DNA of 64,000 nt from Klebsormidium nitens. Its lineage: Eukaryota; Plantae; Klebsormidiophyceae. The translations under genes were made by a program, and so were the position numbers. The notes below the pieces were generated by a model. That model searched no databases. It saw only the letters and a program-made list of their open reading frames with translations, and was not told where the DNA came from. The DNA lies in NCBI GenBank assembly GCA_000708835.1, contig DF236992.1, positions 80,513-144,512 of the forward strand. Reading direction: 5' to 3'. Below are positions 19,701-32,300 of this stretch, piece by piece; positions within the stretch are counted from its first letter, which is position 1; the number at the start of each line of letters is the position of its first letter.

Positions 19701-22700
19701 GCAACACCTTTTCGGAAGCACCGTGTTCTCAGCTTTACCGCTTGGAATAGAAAAGGGAGAGGCTTCTCCGTGTACTATACAAGTCGGTGCCCCGAATGAT
19801 CCCCATTCAAACGAGATTCTCATTTGTCCCTGCGGCTGTATTTACATTCTCTATCTTCAGGTGGGGAGCCGCTTCTCACTGCGCTTCTCCACGAGCCGGC
19901 GATCCCCCGGCACTCCCCGACGCTGACCGCACACCTCCGAGAAGCTCTGATTGCTCATCAGAGCGCGTCGCTGAGAGGCTTAGGAACGCCTCAGAAGCGT
20001 GGGGGATCGGCAGGCGGCGCCCCTCTTTCGGCGCTGCCCTTTAACGAAGAGCAAGATTCCCGCAACATTCCGGCCTTCAAGACGCAGGTACGTTGGTCAA
20101 GGTCAACGTCCGGATCTTGGATCAACAAGGGGGAGATTCGATTGTACTGTCAATGGTCAATGGTGACGGACTCCATTGCAAACCCGGCCTGAAGTTGAGA
20201 GGTTGAGTAGTCCATGGTCGTGGAAGGTCTCGCCCTCTTAGCCATTCGGAAGCGTGTCTTGAAGCACTTATTGGTTGGAAGCATCGGACTGGGCGTATGG
20301 CGACTAGAAAAAGGTTATCGTGCTGCAGCACTTTCTTCAGCACACCTCGGACTGTGCTATCTTCGCAAAGCATTTACTGTTACAGGAAGGAAAGGCGGAA
20401 TGTTGCAGTGCCACGGCACCGATCTGCGGTCGGGTAAATTCCGCCGCGGTTTTTCTGTTTGTGCCTGTACCGGCCTTGCTTCGCACATCATTCCGTACAC
20501 CAATCTGGACGTATATCATTCACACATGGCACTTGGGTGACGTGCTTTTCTGTTATTGTGCAGGAAGGTCAGCGCCTGTTCAGCAACCGCGAGGAGTGCC
20601 GCGACATCTTCTACTGCATCATCCGTGACGCAGCTTCGACCTCCGCCGACTTCGCCTCCGAGCCCGTTCCGCCAAGCCTCAAGTCCGCTCCACACAAGCA
20701 CCCATTCCGGCGGCCAGCCGCCTCTGCCGCCGGAACCCTTAATGGCTACTCCGGCCGGGCCGCTCCCCCGCGCCCGGAGAAACCGCTAGGCTTCCCCTCA
20801 AGGGTCCGCCAGCTGCTCGCGCACCTGCACGAGAGCAACTACCCCTGGCTCGCGAAGCTGTTCGTACAGCAGATCATTCAGGTCGCCTCGACCGGCGAGA
20901 CCGATCCCGAGGTCCGGAGCCTTGCACGCGAAGACACGGCGAAGCTGCAGCGCTTGCACAGCCGTCTGATGGGCGCGGGGGCCGCGCCCGTGCGGCTCGC
21001 GGCGGGCGGGACGCCGACCCGGGAGAGCCCCGGGCGGAGGTTTAGAGGTTTTGACGGCACGAGCCCGGTGTTTGTCGGGGGGGTCCGGCAGGGGAGCCCC
21101 GGGTTGGAAAGTACCCCCCCGGGGGAGACAGGGGTGAAGAGGGAGCTGGGAAGGGGGCCGCGGGAAAATTTGCGAGAGGAGCTGCGGGAAGGAAGAGAAA
21201 ACGGGTCACGTGACGGAGGCCAAACGGTCCGGAGGACGTTGGAGGGCATGTTTGGGGAGAGCGAGAGTGACCGGAATAGAGAAGGCGGCCCGGTGGGCGT
21301 TCCAGAGAAAAAGGGGGGGTCTGACGGACAATCCGCAGGAGAGGAGGCAACCGAGCACGTGAAGGAAAAGGAGATCAACATTGAAAAGGCCGCTTCAACC
21401 GTCCTGTCACGACAGTTTGCGTCCACCATTAACTCCATTTTGGCGCCAAGCACGAGTCCTGGGCGGGTTGAAAATACTGAGGGTGAGATTAGAAAAGGGC
21501 TCTCGGTTGCAGTGGCGAGAAACGGCGACCCGCTTGCGGAGGATGGCCCGTTCGGCGGCCTCTTCTCGCGGACGCTTGTGCCGTACGTCCGGTTTGTGCA
21601 GGCTGCGGACAGCCACCGGCTGCACCTGCTGCTGCTGCGCTGCATCGCGGACAGCATCCACTCCCTCTCGCAGTAAGTCGTTCGATGCTGGAACAGGATT
21701 GTAGACCATGGTTGGACGCTTTCATAATAACAAGCGTAGGCTGGTTTAGGTTGGACTTCATTTAGACCTTTTAGAATGAGTACTCTGGGGAAGAAACATA
21801 TTTTGGACGGGGGTGTCGTCTTGATAGATCTTTGTCAGCGTCTTTACTCTTTCCTATGTGTGCCGACAAGTGATAAAGCCTTCCCGGATGATAATGAGGC
21901 TGCTTTTCTGCAACAACATTCAGAATTTTGCAACCTTTTAGCAATCAGTTGGTCTTTGATACTGAATAGTGGTCCGGACGATTTCAAGATTGAGAATGAT
22001 TCTGGGACGTTTTGTACTGCCCCTCTAGTTCCTAGTCTGCCCCGCTGCCCACATCTTTCTTGTTTCTCAACTGCTCCAACATTCAACATTTCAACATTCT
22101 CACTTCGACTCCTCTTCCCGCTACAGAGTCGGCGCCGCCTCCGTCTTCTCCGCGTCTTCCTTCTCGGAGCGTCTGGTCACCCTCCAAACCCTCGCGCGCT
22201 TCCTCGGGTTCCTCCTCTTCGCCCCCATTTCTACCGGCCACTCGCCCCTCCCAACCGACCCCAAGTCGCCCGTTTACACCTGGTCGGGGGAACTCCCCAT
22301 CAGCCCGGTCGACGCGCTCCAGGCCGCGATGTTAAACGGCTCCCTCCTGCTGAACCTGCCCTGGGTTTTGGAGGTTTTGGGCATGATGCGCGCGTGCGCA
22401 CCCGCAAAAGGTTCGCCGACGTTCGGGCGAGCGTTGGCGGAGGTTGAGAGGCTGCAGGGCTTGCCTGCGCTGCTGCCCAGCAGAGCTGGCTTTGGGGTGA
22501 GATTGGGCGCTTGCGCTGCTGTAAGTTTCTCATGGCGTTGGAGTTTTCCGCTTCCGCGGAAAGGAGAAATGGTGCCAGGGACTCTTCGATGGGTTTGAGG
22601 ATATGGAAAGTCAAAGCGGAATGAGAGAGTCCGGAAATGCATTTTCGCCTTATCGCTTCTGCATGAGCGAGAAGAAATGACGGTTGGACCGACTTCTATG

Positions 22701-24656
22701 ATCGACTGAGACACGCAGCTTTTTTCCGGTTCTGGTTGTCGGGTTTATTTACTCCTTTTATTTCCAGTTGCGGTCTTATGTTCGAGCTTTTTCTTCCGCG
22801 TGAGTTTTATCGGGGAGCCTCTCGCCATCACTCTGCTGGTCTTTTCGACTCTTCGTTCCTAACTCCCTTTCATATAGCCGAAGCCTCCTGACCTTGCCTT
22901 ACTTCCACTCTTTCTCAAACCCTCTCTCCCCTTTGCAGCTCCCGAGCATGTGCATTACCGCCGCCCTGGAAGCCTTCTTCCGCGAGGACAGTTCTTCCCC
23001 TCCAGAACCCCCGCAAACCTTAACTCCCTCCGAAACCCTCCAATCCCCGCTTGCCACGTGGCCCCCCCGCGACACCCCGGACTTCATGCCGGGACTCATC
23101 GACGCCCGGTACATTCAAAACTGCTGTCCGCTTTTGGACGATCTCGCCGCAACTCTACTTGAAGCTCGACAGCGGACGAGCCAGATCGACGGCCCAGATG
23201 CGGCGAAGCCCGGCGATCGACGGTCGCGACCGATCCGGAAGATCACGCCGACCCCCCCGCCGCAAGCGGCGCAACCGGGGGGGCTGCCGGCGGATGTATT
23301 GGCGGCGCTGCCTGCAGAGGACGCGGAGTTGGTTCGGCCGCCGCAGAGGGATCCCCTCAGGACGAAACTAGAGGTCGGAGAGCTTCGTCTTTCAGCTTTG
23401 TAATCGTTTTCGTTCTACAAATATTTCTCTTCTTTCCTTTCACCTTCCGAGGTACTATTGTCTTTCTCTCCCGGTTTTATTCGACTAAGTGGCAGAGGGC
23501 TGCATCTCAGATGCTATCAAAGAATAAACAACAGAGACGACTTTTGCTAAACACCCCATGTCGAGTCGCTAGGCCCGAGAGTCCTACGGAAACCCGCCTT
23601 CTCTCGTCCCTCACCAGCTGTACCGCCTGGTCCCTCGTTTGGTCGATGTACTCCGGTCTACATCGTCAACCCAACTCTAAACCCTTTGTTAAGCCGCGCT
23701 TCTCTGGAAACCGCAGGGCGTCTTCTTCGAGCAGCAGCCGCAGTTGCGTCGCCTGGTCGACTTCGTGGTCGACACCGTCGCCGCAAACTCCGCCCTGGCC
23801 GCACAGCTCGCCACGTGTCCTGACGTCATCTCCGCGGCACGCGCCCAGCTTGCCGAGAGGGCGGAGCGAGCCGCCAGCGACGGAGCTGGCGTTGGCCGGG
23901 TTGAGATGTTTATAGAGCAGGTGAGACTGCCGTCCATCCTTCCGTTGCTGCGCTTAAAACCGTGCAACCGCTTGGGATTTTGAAGACAGAAGAAATTGTA
24001 TGCGGATAAGTGCCTTGAAAGCTTCTTAATTGTCGCTCGAGGTTTTTGCCTCCTTCCGAACTACTTAAGCTCGATAAATCAAACCCTAGAAAGCGAGAGG
24101 TGAGACAAAGTGGAAGAGGTTTGGTCTTGGATCGACATCAACAAGAACAGAGTCAGAGTGGGTTCCTAATATCTGGAACAAGGAGGAGCCGAATATTCGA
24201 GGCTCGGCTTCGTTCTTTTTATAGCCTCTGGATCCTCTCACAATCCTCGCCATCGTTGCAAAGGCTCCAAAAAGCGGTCCAATACTGCAGCGACCCTTTT
24301 CACCATCCACAGGATCGTGTTGCATTTCATCCTGACAGAAATCTCCTCATGTGCAGACGATACTGAGTGCTTGCCGACAAGGCCTGCCGCCTGCAATAGC
24401 GTATGCTCGCAAGCACTCCCGGGAGAGGGTTTGCGAGGCCCTGGGAGCATTGGCACGCCCCAACATCGCGCCCCCCGTGTTGGGCACCGCAGCAGCGGTT
24501 GCGGCCCAGGCATCAGCCGTCGGGGCGGCGAAACTAATCCTTGTAAATGTGCCGAAAGAGATCAGGCAGCGTCTGACGGAAGGCGCCGAGAAGTTGAAAA
24601 AGAAGATGGTGGCAGCTTTCAGAATAGAGCAGGCAAGGAAGCTCGTTAGTAAGTAG
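16728..24656 (+). CDS. CDAN1: Codanin-1 (CDAN1 / discs lost)-like protein; 5' exons uncertain
   Basis: Phase-consistent exons 17555-17840, 18312-19506, 19861-20087, 20564-21672, 22127-22496, 22939-23373, 23717-23920, 24357-24656. Codanin-like motifs: RKKITPTPV, LPFNEEQDSRN..FSNREECRDIFY, KLQRLHSRL, TLARFLGFL, LNLPWVLEVL, LIDARYIQNCCPLL, RKITPT, FFEQQPQLRRLVDFVVDTVAANS. The start at ATG 16728 is tentative. Confidence 0.8.
16730..16738 (-). promoter_or_regulatory. E2F-type site (ATTCCCGCC) at the DHFR-TS / codanin-1 divergent promoter
   Basis: GGCGGGAAT on the + strand is ATTCCCGCC on the - strand, matching the plant E2F consensus WTTSSCSS. It lies ~240 bp from the DHFR-TS ATG. Confidence 0.45.
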
Positions 24657-25370
24657 GAATATTGCATAAGTGCTGCCCTCGAGCGCGGGCAACATTTTGG
24701 GAAATAATGGAGAAAAAATGCGCGCTGATGGGCAATAGAGGCCCGCCCAGTCTGATTGCTCAGTAGCACCGTTGATTGGCATGCCGCAATATATTCCTGT
24801 GAATCTATGACACATATATCCCCGCATGTGGGCGCATGCATGCACTATACGTGCCGTTAATTGTTTAAATTGCATCAGCATGAGCGCGTGCATGATGAGT
24901 CCATCTTATATATTCTTTCACACCAATTGCTTATATTGATTATAGAACTCAGCCCACCGCAAGAGCTAGTATAGTATACACAGCTTAGCTGTAAGTTAAA
25001 TCTAGCCAGCATGCACCAATCATGCAACCATGAGCGCAAGTTAGTACGCCGCAGTGTGCAATCTTCATGGGTTCGCGGACTGTTGTGGAGCAGCACACGG
25101 CCGCTTGAATCAATGCCAGTGCTATAGAGCCGCGCCATATGATCCCCTGCAATGCGCAACTCCAAAGGCAACCTTGTTGACGTTTTGTGGGGCACTGAGG
25201 ATTGGGCAACATGGTCGACCGTTAGTCGCACGTAGAAGGAGGCACGATCATGTTGAAAATCTCGTTAATTGCTCCAATCGTTGAATGTTCCGATGTTAGA
25301 GTCTGTCACTCCTGTAATCCAGACATGCACTTTCTTGACGACCAAAAACACAGACTTCGCCGCTTGCCGA

Positions 25371-28300
25371 CTACATCGCATCTCCCTTCTCATGAGCCAT
25401 TTCGATCGATTCTCTCCGAGGGCCCCCAACCGGAGAGTCCACTCGCGCAGGCTCAGGGGACGGCCCGTTTCTAGGGGGAGGCGACCGACTCGGCGACCAT
25501 CTCCTGTCCGCGGCCAGCTTTTCTGTAGGGGGAGTCGGGATTTTTCCGCGAGGGGGGGTGGGTGATCGGCCCCTACGAGGGGAGGGCGACCTTCTGCTGC
25601 GAGGGGGGGTCGGCGATCGGCGCCTTCGAGGGGGGGTCGGACTTCTACGGGAGGATCTGCGGGGTGGAGTGGGGGAGCGGCTGTAGCGGCGGCGGGGAGG
25701 GCTCGGGGAAGGGGAATAACGACGGCTGCGGCGGTCAGGGCTCCGATACCGGCTGCAGAGACGAGAAAGAAACGCCAAATGAGCAGCTTTGAGAGTAACA
25801 TTTTCCTGGTTCCTGGCAAGATGTTTGCCCTCGGAAGGTTGCTATAAGATTCCGGCAGCAGATGGCAGCAGATTACTGGCTGCCATGCTTTCTAGGGAGG
25901 TTCAAACAACCCTGGACATGAATTCCGTTTCGTGACATTTGCTCAGCTCTTTGCCAATCAATTGTCGAACCATTGCCGGCCATCATTCACTTCCCAAAGA
26001 GGTGCACGTCTATGCTCTTCTTGAATAGAAATTTTTAAACCTTGGCGGACGAAGGATACTTCTCGATTTCATGTTGACTAAGAGCATGTTGACTCAGGAC
26101 AGTGCTCGGGGACCAAAACAAAACTAAAAACCTAAACCCAAGTTTGACACGCTCCGCACCCATACCCACCCTAACCCCCAAACAAACCCTACCCGTCCCC
26201 CGGGCGCCCTCCTTAGTCAACATGGCCCTTAGTCAACATGTAATCGAGACAAGTGGACGAAGGGGGCAATGGAAACGATGCCGCCAACACCCACAGAATC
26301 AGTAGGGGCAAAGAATAGGCGCTTCTGGACCCGACTACGAGAGAAACTTTCCAAAGCCATCCCGTTCGTCTAAGTCAAGTCGAGGACACCGCTCACTATA
26401 ACCCGTTCCGAAAGCATCCTGCGCCAGAGAAGCTCCAGCAGACTGCAGCTGAACTAGCTGGTAACTTGAACTTGAAGTTGTTGGCGGATTGGCTCGCAAG
26501 CGACTTTGAACCTTTCTCGTCCCATTCGCCATCATTCGAACGTCGAACTTGGCGTTCTGAAACAGCAATGAAAGTACAGCTCCTTAGACAGGATCCGCGA
26601 GTTGACTGCCTAGCTTACCCCCTCCGAGGCGGCGACCTGCTTACGCTCCGACGCCGCCTTCGGGAAGAATACCGGTCGTAATCGTCGTCCCTGCAATGTA
26701 AGAACATGCCAGGTGTCAGCCTTGCAAGCGCAGGCAAAACTTAGGCTCCCTCAAACAATGCGCAGCCAAGCGAGTTCCAGGTCCCACTGGCTGTATAAGA
26801 CCTATCACTCGGCCCCGCCATCAACTGCGATAAAAAAACAGTCCATCAGCATGGAAACCATCCCATGAAGGGTTGTGAGCTTAGTAAAAAACATTTGACT
26901 TCAACGAATATAAGAAGCCCACCTGCATCGCGACACTGAAGGAGAAGAAACGATATCAGCAGAAGATCAGTGCAGAACTGTAGTCCCTCATTGATTATCC
27001 TCCCCTTACCTGTCCGAACAAGGGGAGCGGCTCAAGCTCGAACTGTAACGCCGACGGCCGCGGCCAGAGTAGCGGCGGGGGCTAGGGCTACGGCTGTAGC
27101 CCCTATACAGGCGCCGCTCTCGACTTTCGTAACGCTCATACGAGGGGCTGCGAGAGTAGCCCCTCTTTGAGCGCCGAGGGGGCGTACGGCTAGGTCGCCG
27201 GCCGTAGCCGCTATCAAGAGACGGGCTGCGCTCATACGGTAATCTGCTCAGGTCGCGATACTGAGTGAGTGCTACCTATCGATCCTCTGGAACAGTTCCC
27301 GCCCTTTATCCAAACAGACGCTTCCTCTACGCCATCCTCAGGCTGACGCGTTGCCTTCTCGAGTTCACCTCAGTTGCCTAGGAGGGCACGCCCGGACTTT
27401 ACTTGTTTCTGAGCTTTCATCAAGGAGAAGTCACGGACGTAGGCAATACCTGGTGGTGGACGATGATTTTGTAAACACAAGCACCACCGCTTCAGAAATG
27501 CTGCGGAAAAGCTGAACACGTCAGATAAGAAGACCGAGGGGAAACCAGTCCAAACGCACCTGTCGTTGCTTCGCCGCCTACGGTGACGGTCGGGGCTGGG
27601 GCTTCTCCTGCGGCGGAAGTCTGGGGTGGGACTTCTCCTGCGCCGACGATCGGGGCTCGGCGATCTTCTCCTGGACCGCCGGGGTGGGGACCGAGACGGC
27701 CTTCTGCTGCTTCGGGGAGGGGAGGGGGCACGAGCGGGGGGGGAGAAGGGGGGTGCCTTCGGGGGGAGGGGCAGTGGTGGTGCTGCGGTGGTTGCCTGAG
27801 GAAAGGGATGAGATGATCAGAAACTGGTAGATAGGTCTGAGTGTAGGTATTCTGATGCAATAGTGAGGGTAATCGTGAGGCTGCCAGAAGTTGTACGATG
27901 CTGAACAGACTGTGAGTTGATCACGGATGGTGGTGGAAACATGTGGGAGGTGATCCTGAGTGCCAGAGATCTTCAGAGGTCAAGGAGGTTCGACTCTGAT
28001 CGACAAAGGACGAAGTGGCCTCTCAAGTTGACACTGCAGTGGAGGAAAACATGTTCGTGCACTCTTAACAAGCTTCTCCAGTACACTGCCAATGACTGGA
28101 GTCCTCGCAAGCAAATAATTAAATTCTTCGATGCGCAAGTTCCTGAAGGGCAAACTTGTGCAACGGGTGTTCTGCAAGAACAACAGATCATAAAGAAATA
28201 CAGGTAGAGAGAGAGTGTGAGAATCACTGGTGCTGATGCAAGCACTGCATACATGCTTTCGTTGGCAATTTGCCACTGTCGTTTACCATGATTGCTTCAA

Positions 28301-28688
28301 TAAGGTCGGGATGCTGGGAACATAATCAGACGAAATCAGACATTAGGACTTCAAAGCAAGGCCCGCATTTACCCCGTCCTATGTTTAGACACTTCCTGCA
28401 AAAGCTAAACCTTTCCCAATCATCTTTGGAACACCCCCTTCTCCGCTCCCCTTCTCGCCTTCTCCGCTTCTCCTCCTTCAGCCCCGATGTAATGCAGGGT
28501 TGAAAACCGACAGAAATCATGATGCACCAAGTGTTCCCAAACAAGCTGGATGAGTTCCAAAAAGAAAGGTACCCAACCTTTTCGCCACCATTTTCTGCAC
28601 TCTGACCAATTACGGGTGCTTGCGCAACCCCTCCTTGCTGCTTAGTCATCCATGCAGGCATGACCATATGCTTCCCACGCCCTGCCAT
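25371..28688 (-). CDS. Arg/Ser/Pro-rich SR-related protein with no recognisable RRM, ~344 aa
   Basis: Exons 27795-27560, 27243-27010, 26690-26619, 25752-25371 join in frame, encoding RSPSPDRRRRRSPTP, RGYSRSPSPRRY, RRSPTPPRRRRSPTPP. A phase-0 first exon 28688-28578 (MAGRGKHMVMPAWMTKQQGG..EK) completes the ORF but is less certain. Confidence 0.68.
26056..26254. mobile_element. 199-bp MITE, probably Mutator-like (long TIRs, 9-bp TSD), in the last intron of the RS gene
   Basis: Imperfect TIRs ~26056-26112 and ~26196-26254, each holding two CATGTTGACT(A/C)AG sub-repeats. Exact flanking direct repeat GGACGAAGG at 26047-26055 and 26255-26263. Confidence 0.85.
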
Positions 28689-29384
28689 GTCTTGCCAGGC
28701 TGCTTTTCTCGCAAAATTACATGCACGGCTAGAACCGACACGCATCCATCCCGAGGCAAACTTGAAAGCCCTTCGAACGGCCTTCCAGGCAGTGTTAGGA
28801 GCCCGGGAGCGGATCAAGGTAAACGTGAGCACGCCCAGCTAATACACCCAAAGTAGGGCGCCCTGCTTCATGCCCCAGTTCTTGCCCAGTGCCCACAGGT
28901 CAGGTACATCTACATACTGTGCAGGGCAACCCCAAACTTGCAGTGGTGAAACAGCTCCAGAAGTTTCCACGAGCTATTAAATGTGAATACGTTTGGATCC
29001 TCAAGGGTCCGGACTTGGCCGTCGATGATGAACCTTTCTACGGTACAGATTGCATTGCCATTGGGTTCAAGAGATGGGTCAGCGATCCGGTTACCGTATG
29101 CACGGAGTTTCATTCAGCATTTTGAGAGTTTTCACTAGATTGCCATTGGTTAGCGCTAATCTTCTGGGTGTGCAGTCCAGCAGTTCTGCAAGCTGGTGCT
29201 CTTCCACATCCAGCGCTCATTTGTGGACGATCTTTGCAAAGTGACAAGGGAATTGCAGCATCGACCAAGGCGACCTGCAGGCTGCAGCTTGAAGAGAACA
29301 CTTAGATCAAACAAGGGTGCCCTGTTGACAAGGAGGGATTTTTCTGAATCTTCGTAGTAGCAGAGATTCTGGTGGCACGCAGCG

Positions 29385-32300
29385 ATGGCAGACCATGAGG
29401 AGGATGACAAGAAAAACCCCAAGGCGCTTGATGAGGAAGACATCAACGTTTTGAAGAGATATGTGAGTCTGTTACTGCCACTTTGTCTGCTCTAAACCAC
29501 GACTTGCAAGAGGTTGATTGTTTTCGATTGTGTCATGAGGGATGTCGCTGGTATCTATTCACCTCATTCCCCCTCCTTCGCCTCGTGCAGAACACCGGCT
29601 CGTATGCCAACGCAATCAAGCAAGCGGAGAAGGATATCAAGGACAAGGCAAAAAAGATCAATGACCTTTGTGGTGAGGAGTGCGACCATCACCTGTGCTC
29701 CGTCACTCCTCCTCAGAGGCGTCAATCATGCCTGCAGAAGCTTGGAGGTTGTGATTTTGATTCTGCATCCGCTCTCGCTGCCCCGCATGGACTAGGGGTG
29801 GTGGAAGAAACTTAACACTTTATTTAGCAAAGTGCTCAGCTGCAGCTGCCGCTGTTTTGATCATAGACATTTATGTGATGGTATAATCATTATGGTCTTT
29901 CCATCTTGGGTTCAACCCGTCAGGATTAAGGCATGTACAGCTGCATCCGCTTTTCATTACTGGTACTCATTGAGTTTCATACCCTTACAGGAATCAAGGA
30001 ATCAGACACGGGGCTTGCAGCACCCAGCCAATGGGATCTGGTCTCTGACAAGCAGGCGATGCAAGAGGAGCAGCCTTTGCAGGTTGGTAGAGATTCCGCA
30101 ACCTTTTGCTGCTTTGAATCATGTCGGAGTCACTGGTGGTCCTGTCAGGAAGCGGATGGAGTGGACATTTTGGACACTATTGCTGGCCCCTGTTGAGCTT
30201 CTGCCCGGCATGTGTGCAGCTCAAACTGACAAGCGAACTGTGGATGTAAGGTTCATGGATTGTTGTCTTGTGAAGTATTGACAAGGAAGCTCCCTTGATT
30301 CGCAGGTCGCCCGCTGCACAAAGATCATCAATCCCGGGACTGACGAAGCCAAGTATGTGATCAATGTCAAGCAGATCGCAAAGGTGAGTCAGCAAGGCCT
30401 TTTGGATTTTGCTGTAGGACCGCGCCGCTTCTTTGACAACCATATAAGGTCAATAGCATGGGCTAGGTCTTAGACCAAGTGGTTGACAAAAAGAAAGCTT
30501 TGTTGCGGTTGTAACAGGATGAACACTTCTCCCATTTGAAGATCCCGACGTCAAACACTATTTCTGGCCAGCTGAGAGGAAGATACTTGTGTAGAGCGCC
30601 AAGATGTTCGAGGAGAAAAGTCAGGAAGATGAGACCAGCAGATTTGAGTTCTATATTCTGAGTTTTCGAAATCCTCGTTGCTCAGCTGCTCGCATATTTT
30701 GCAGTTCGTGGTGGGGCTTGGTGACAAGGTGTCACCAACGGACATTGAAGAAGGCATGCGCGTCGGGTGAGTGGCAAACACAAGGGCGCCCGGACATCCT
30801 TTTTGAGAGCTTCCATAGAATCTGTCTATACATACGAGGCTTTCTTGTGTTGAGTCGTCCATTTGCTGTTCACTCTGGATTGATACTTGAAAGGGTACAC
30901 GTGCTCGATATCGGCATCCCGCTAGGTTTCTGAATTGCTCTATAAGAAGGGGCACTGAGACCTGCGACTGCGTATTGAGGCTTCTTGCGGCTTGGGCGTC
31001 TCCTGCAACAGCTTATCGAATCACAGAAGCAATTGTAGACCCCAGAGGTTTGAAGCTGCACCAGTGTGTGCTTAAGATGCGCTTTCTCCTTTTCAGATCA
31101 AGATCATCTATTCGTCCAATCCTCCGTGTTTATCCAGTGTCTAGATGACCACCGAAGGAATTCAGGGCTAATAGCGGACTAGGTCCGAGGTACTGATTGA
31201 CATCTGTTTGCAGCATTACATCAACGGCCCCCCTCACAAACCAGACCATCAGTGTCTCTGCGAGCTTGCTTTGACATTCGCAAACGATGAACTCTCTTTA
31301 AACCTCTCCTGACCACCCCTCTTCAGCTGCTGACCCAGTTGCTCCTCTGCAGGGTTGACCGCACCAAGTACCAGATTCAGATCCCGCTCCCTCCCAAGAT
31401 CGACCCGAGCGTGACCATGATGACGGTCGAGGAGAAGCCTGACGTCACGTACAGCGACATTGGGGGGTCCAAGGAGCAGATTGAGAAGATGCGGGAGGTT
31501 GTCGAGCTGCCGATGCTGCACCCCGAGAAGTTCGTCAAGCTCGGAATCGACCCCCCCAAGGGCGTGCTCATGTACGGGCCCCCCGGAACGGGGAAGACGC
31601 TGCTCGCGAGGGCGGTGGCCAACCGTACAGACGCGTGCTTCATCCGAGTGATTGGCAGGTGAGTGGGATGTGTAATTGCACGTTTGGTGCATTTGACGAA
31701 GGCATGATGTAGCAGGTGGGATTTTCTTTCTCGAATCGACTGCAAAAGCACTGGCTAAATTTTGTGGCAGCCTCTGACCAAAGCAGGTCTGCGTCCGTGT
31801 ATTTGGACGTAGATTTTACGTTTTGGAAGCATATGCTCGGGGAGTTCTGCAAGTTGGGGGCTCTTTAGGTTCACCTAACAAGACAAGCGACGTCTGAGAT
31901 CTTACCCACCTCTCCGGCATGTGCGAAACAATTATCAAGAAATACCGTTCAGTGATTCGAATCTGTCTGTCTTGTCCTGGATCAGTCGCCCTTGGATTCA
32001 CTATTATCTTGAACAGTGAAGATTCTTGTCAGAACAGATCAAGCAATGAGACGGTGAGGTCACTGATTCTGAGTCAGCAACAGGTTGTAACATGCATGTT
32101 TCTGTTCATTGAACCCCGCTAGAAGCTTGAAGTTCCTTCCGAGCAGCAGGCTGGGTCAGAAGACTGCAAACAACTGAGCGACATTTCATCAGTCCGCTTT
32201 TGGGCATCGAAGTCCGCTAAAAGTCTGGGAGCTTCTTCCTTGCAGCGAGCTGGTCCAGAAGTACGTGGGCGAGGGCGCGCGCATGGTGCGCGAGCTGTTC

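Noticed and set aside
26335-26430. Possible poison exon in the RS gene's last intron
   Set aside because: There is an AG followed by an in-frame stop but no convincing donor; unsupported without RNA data.
29370-29380. PACE-like GGTGGCAC before the RPT1 ATG
   Set aside because: Imperfect match to a fungal Rpn4 element; no basis for this regulon in a green alga.
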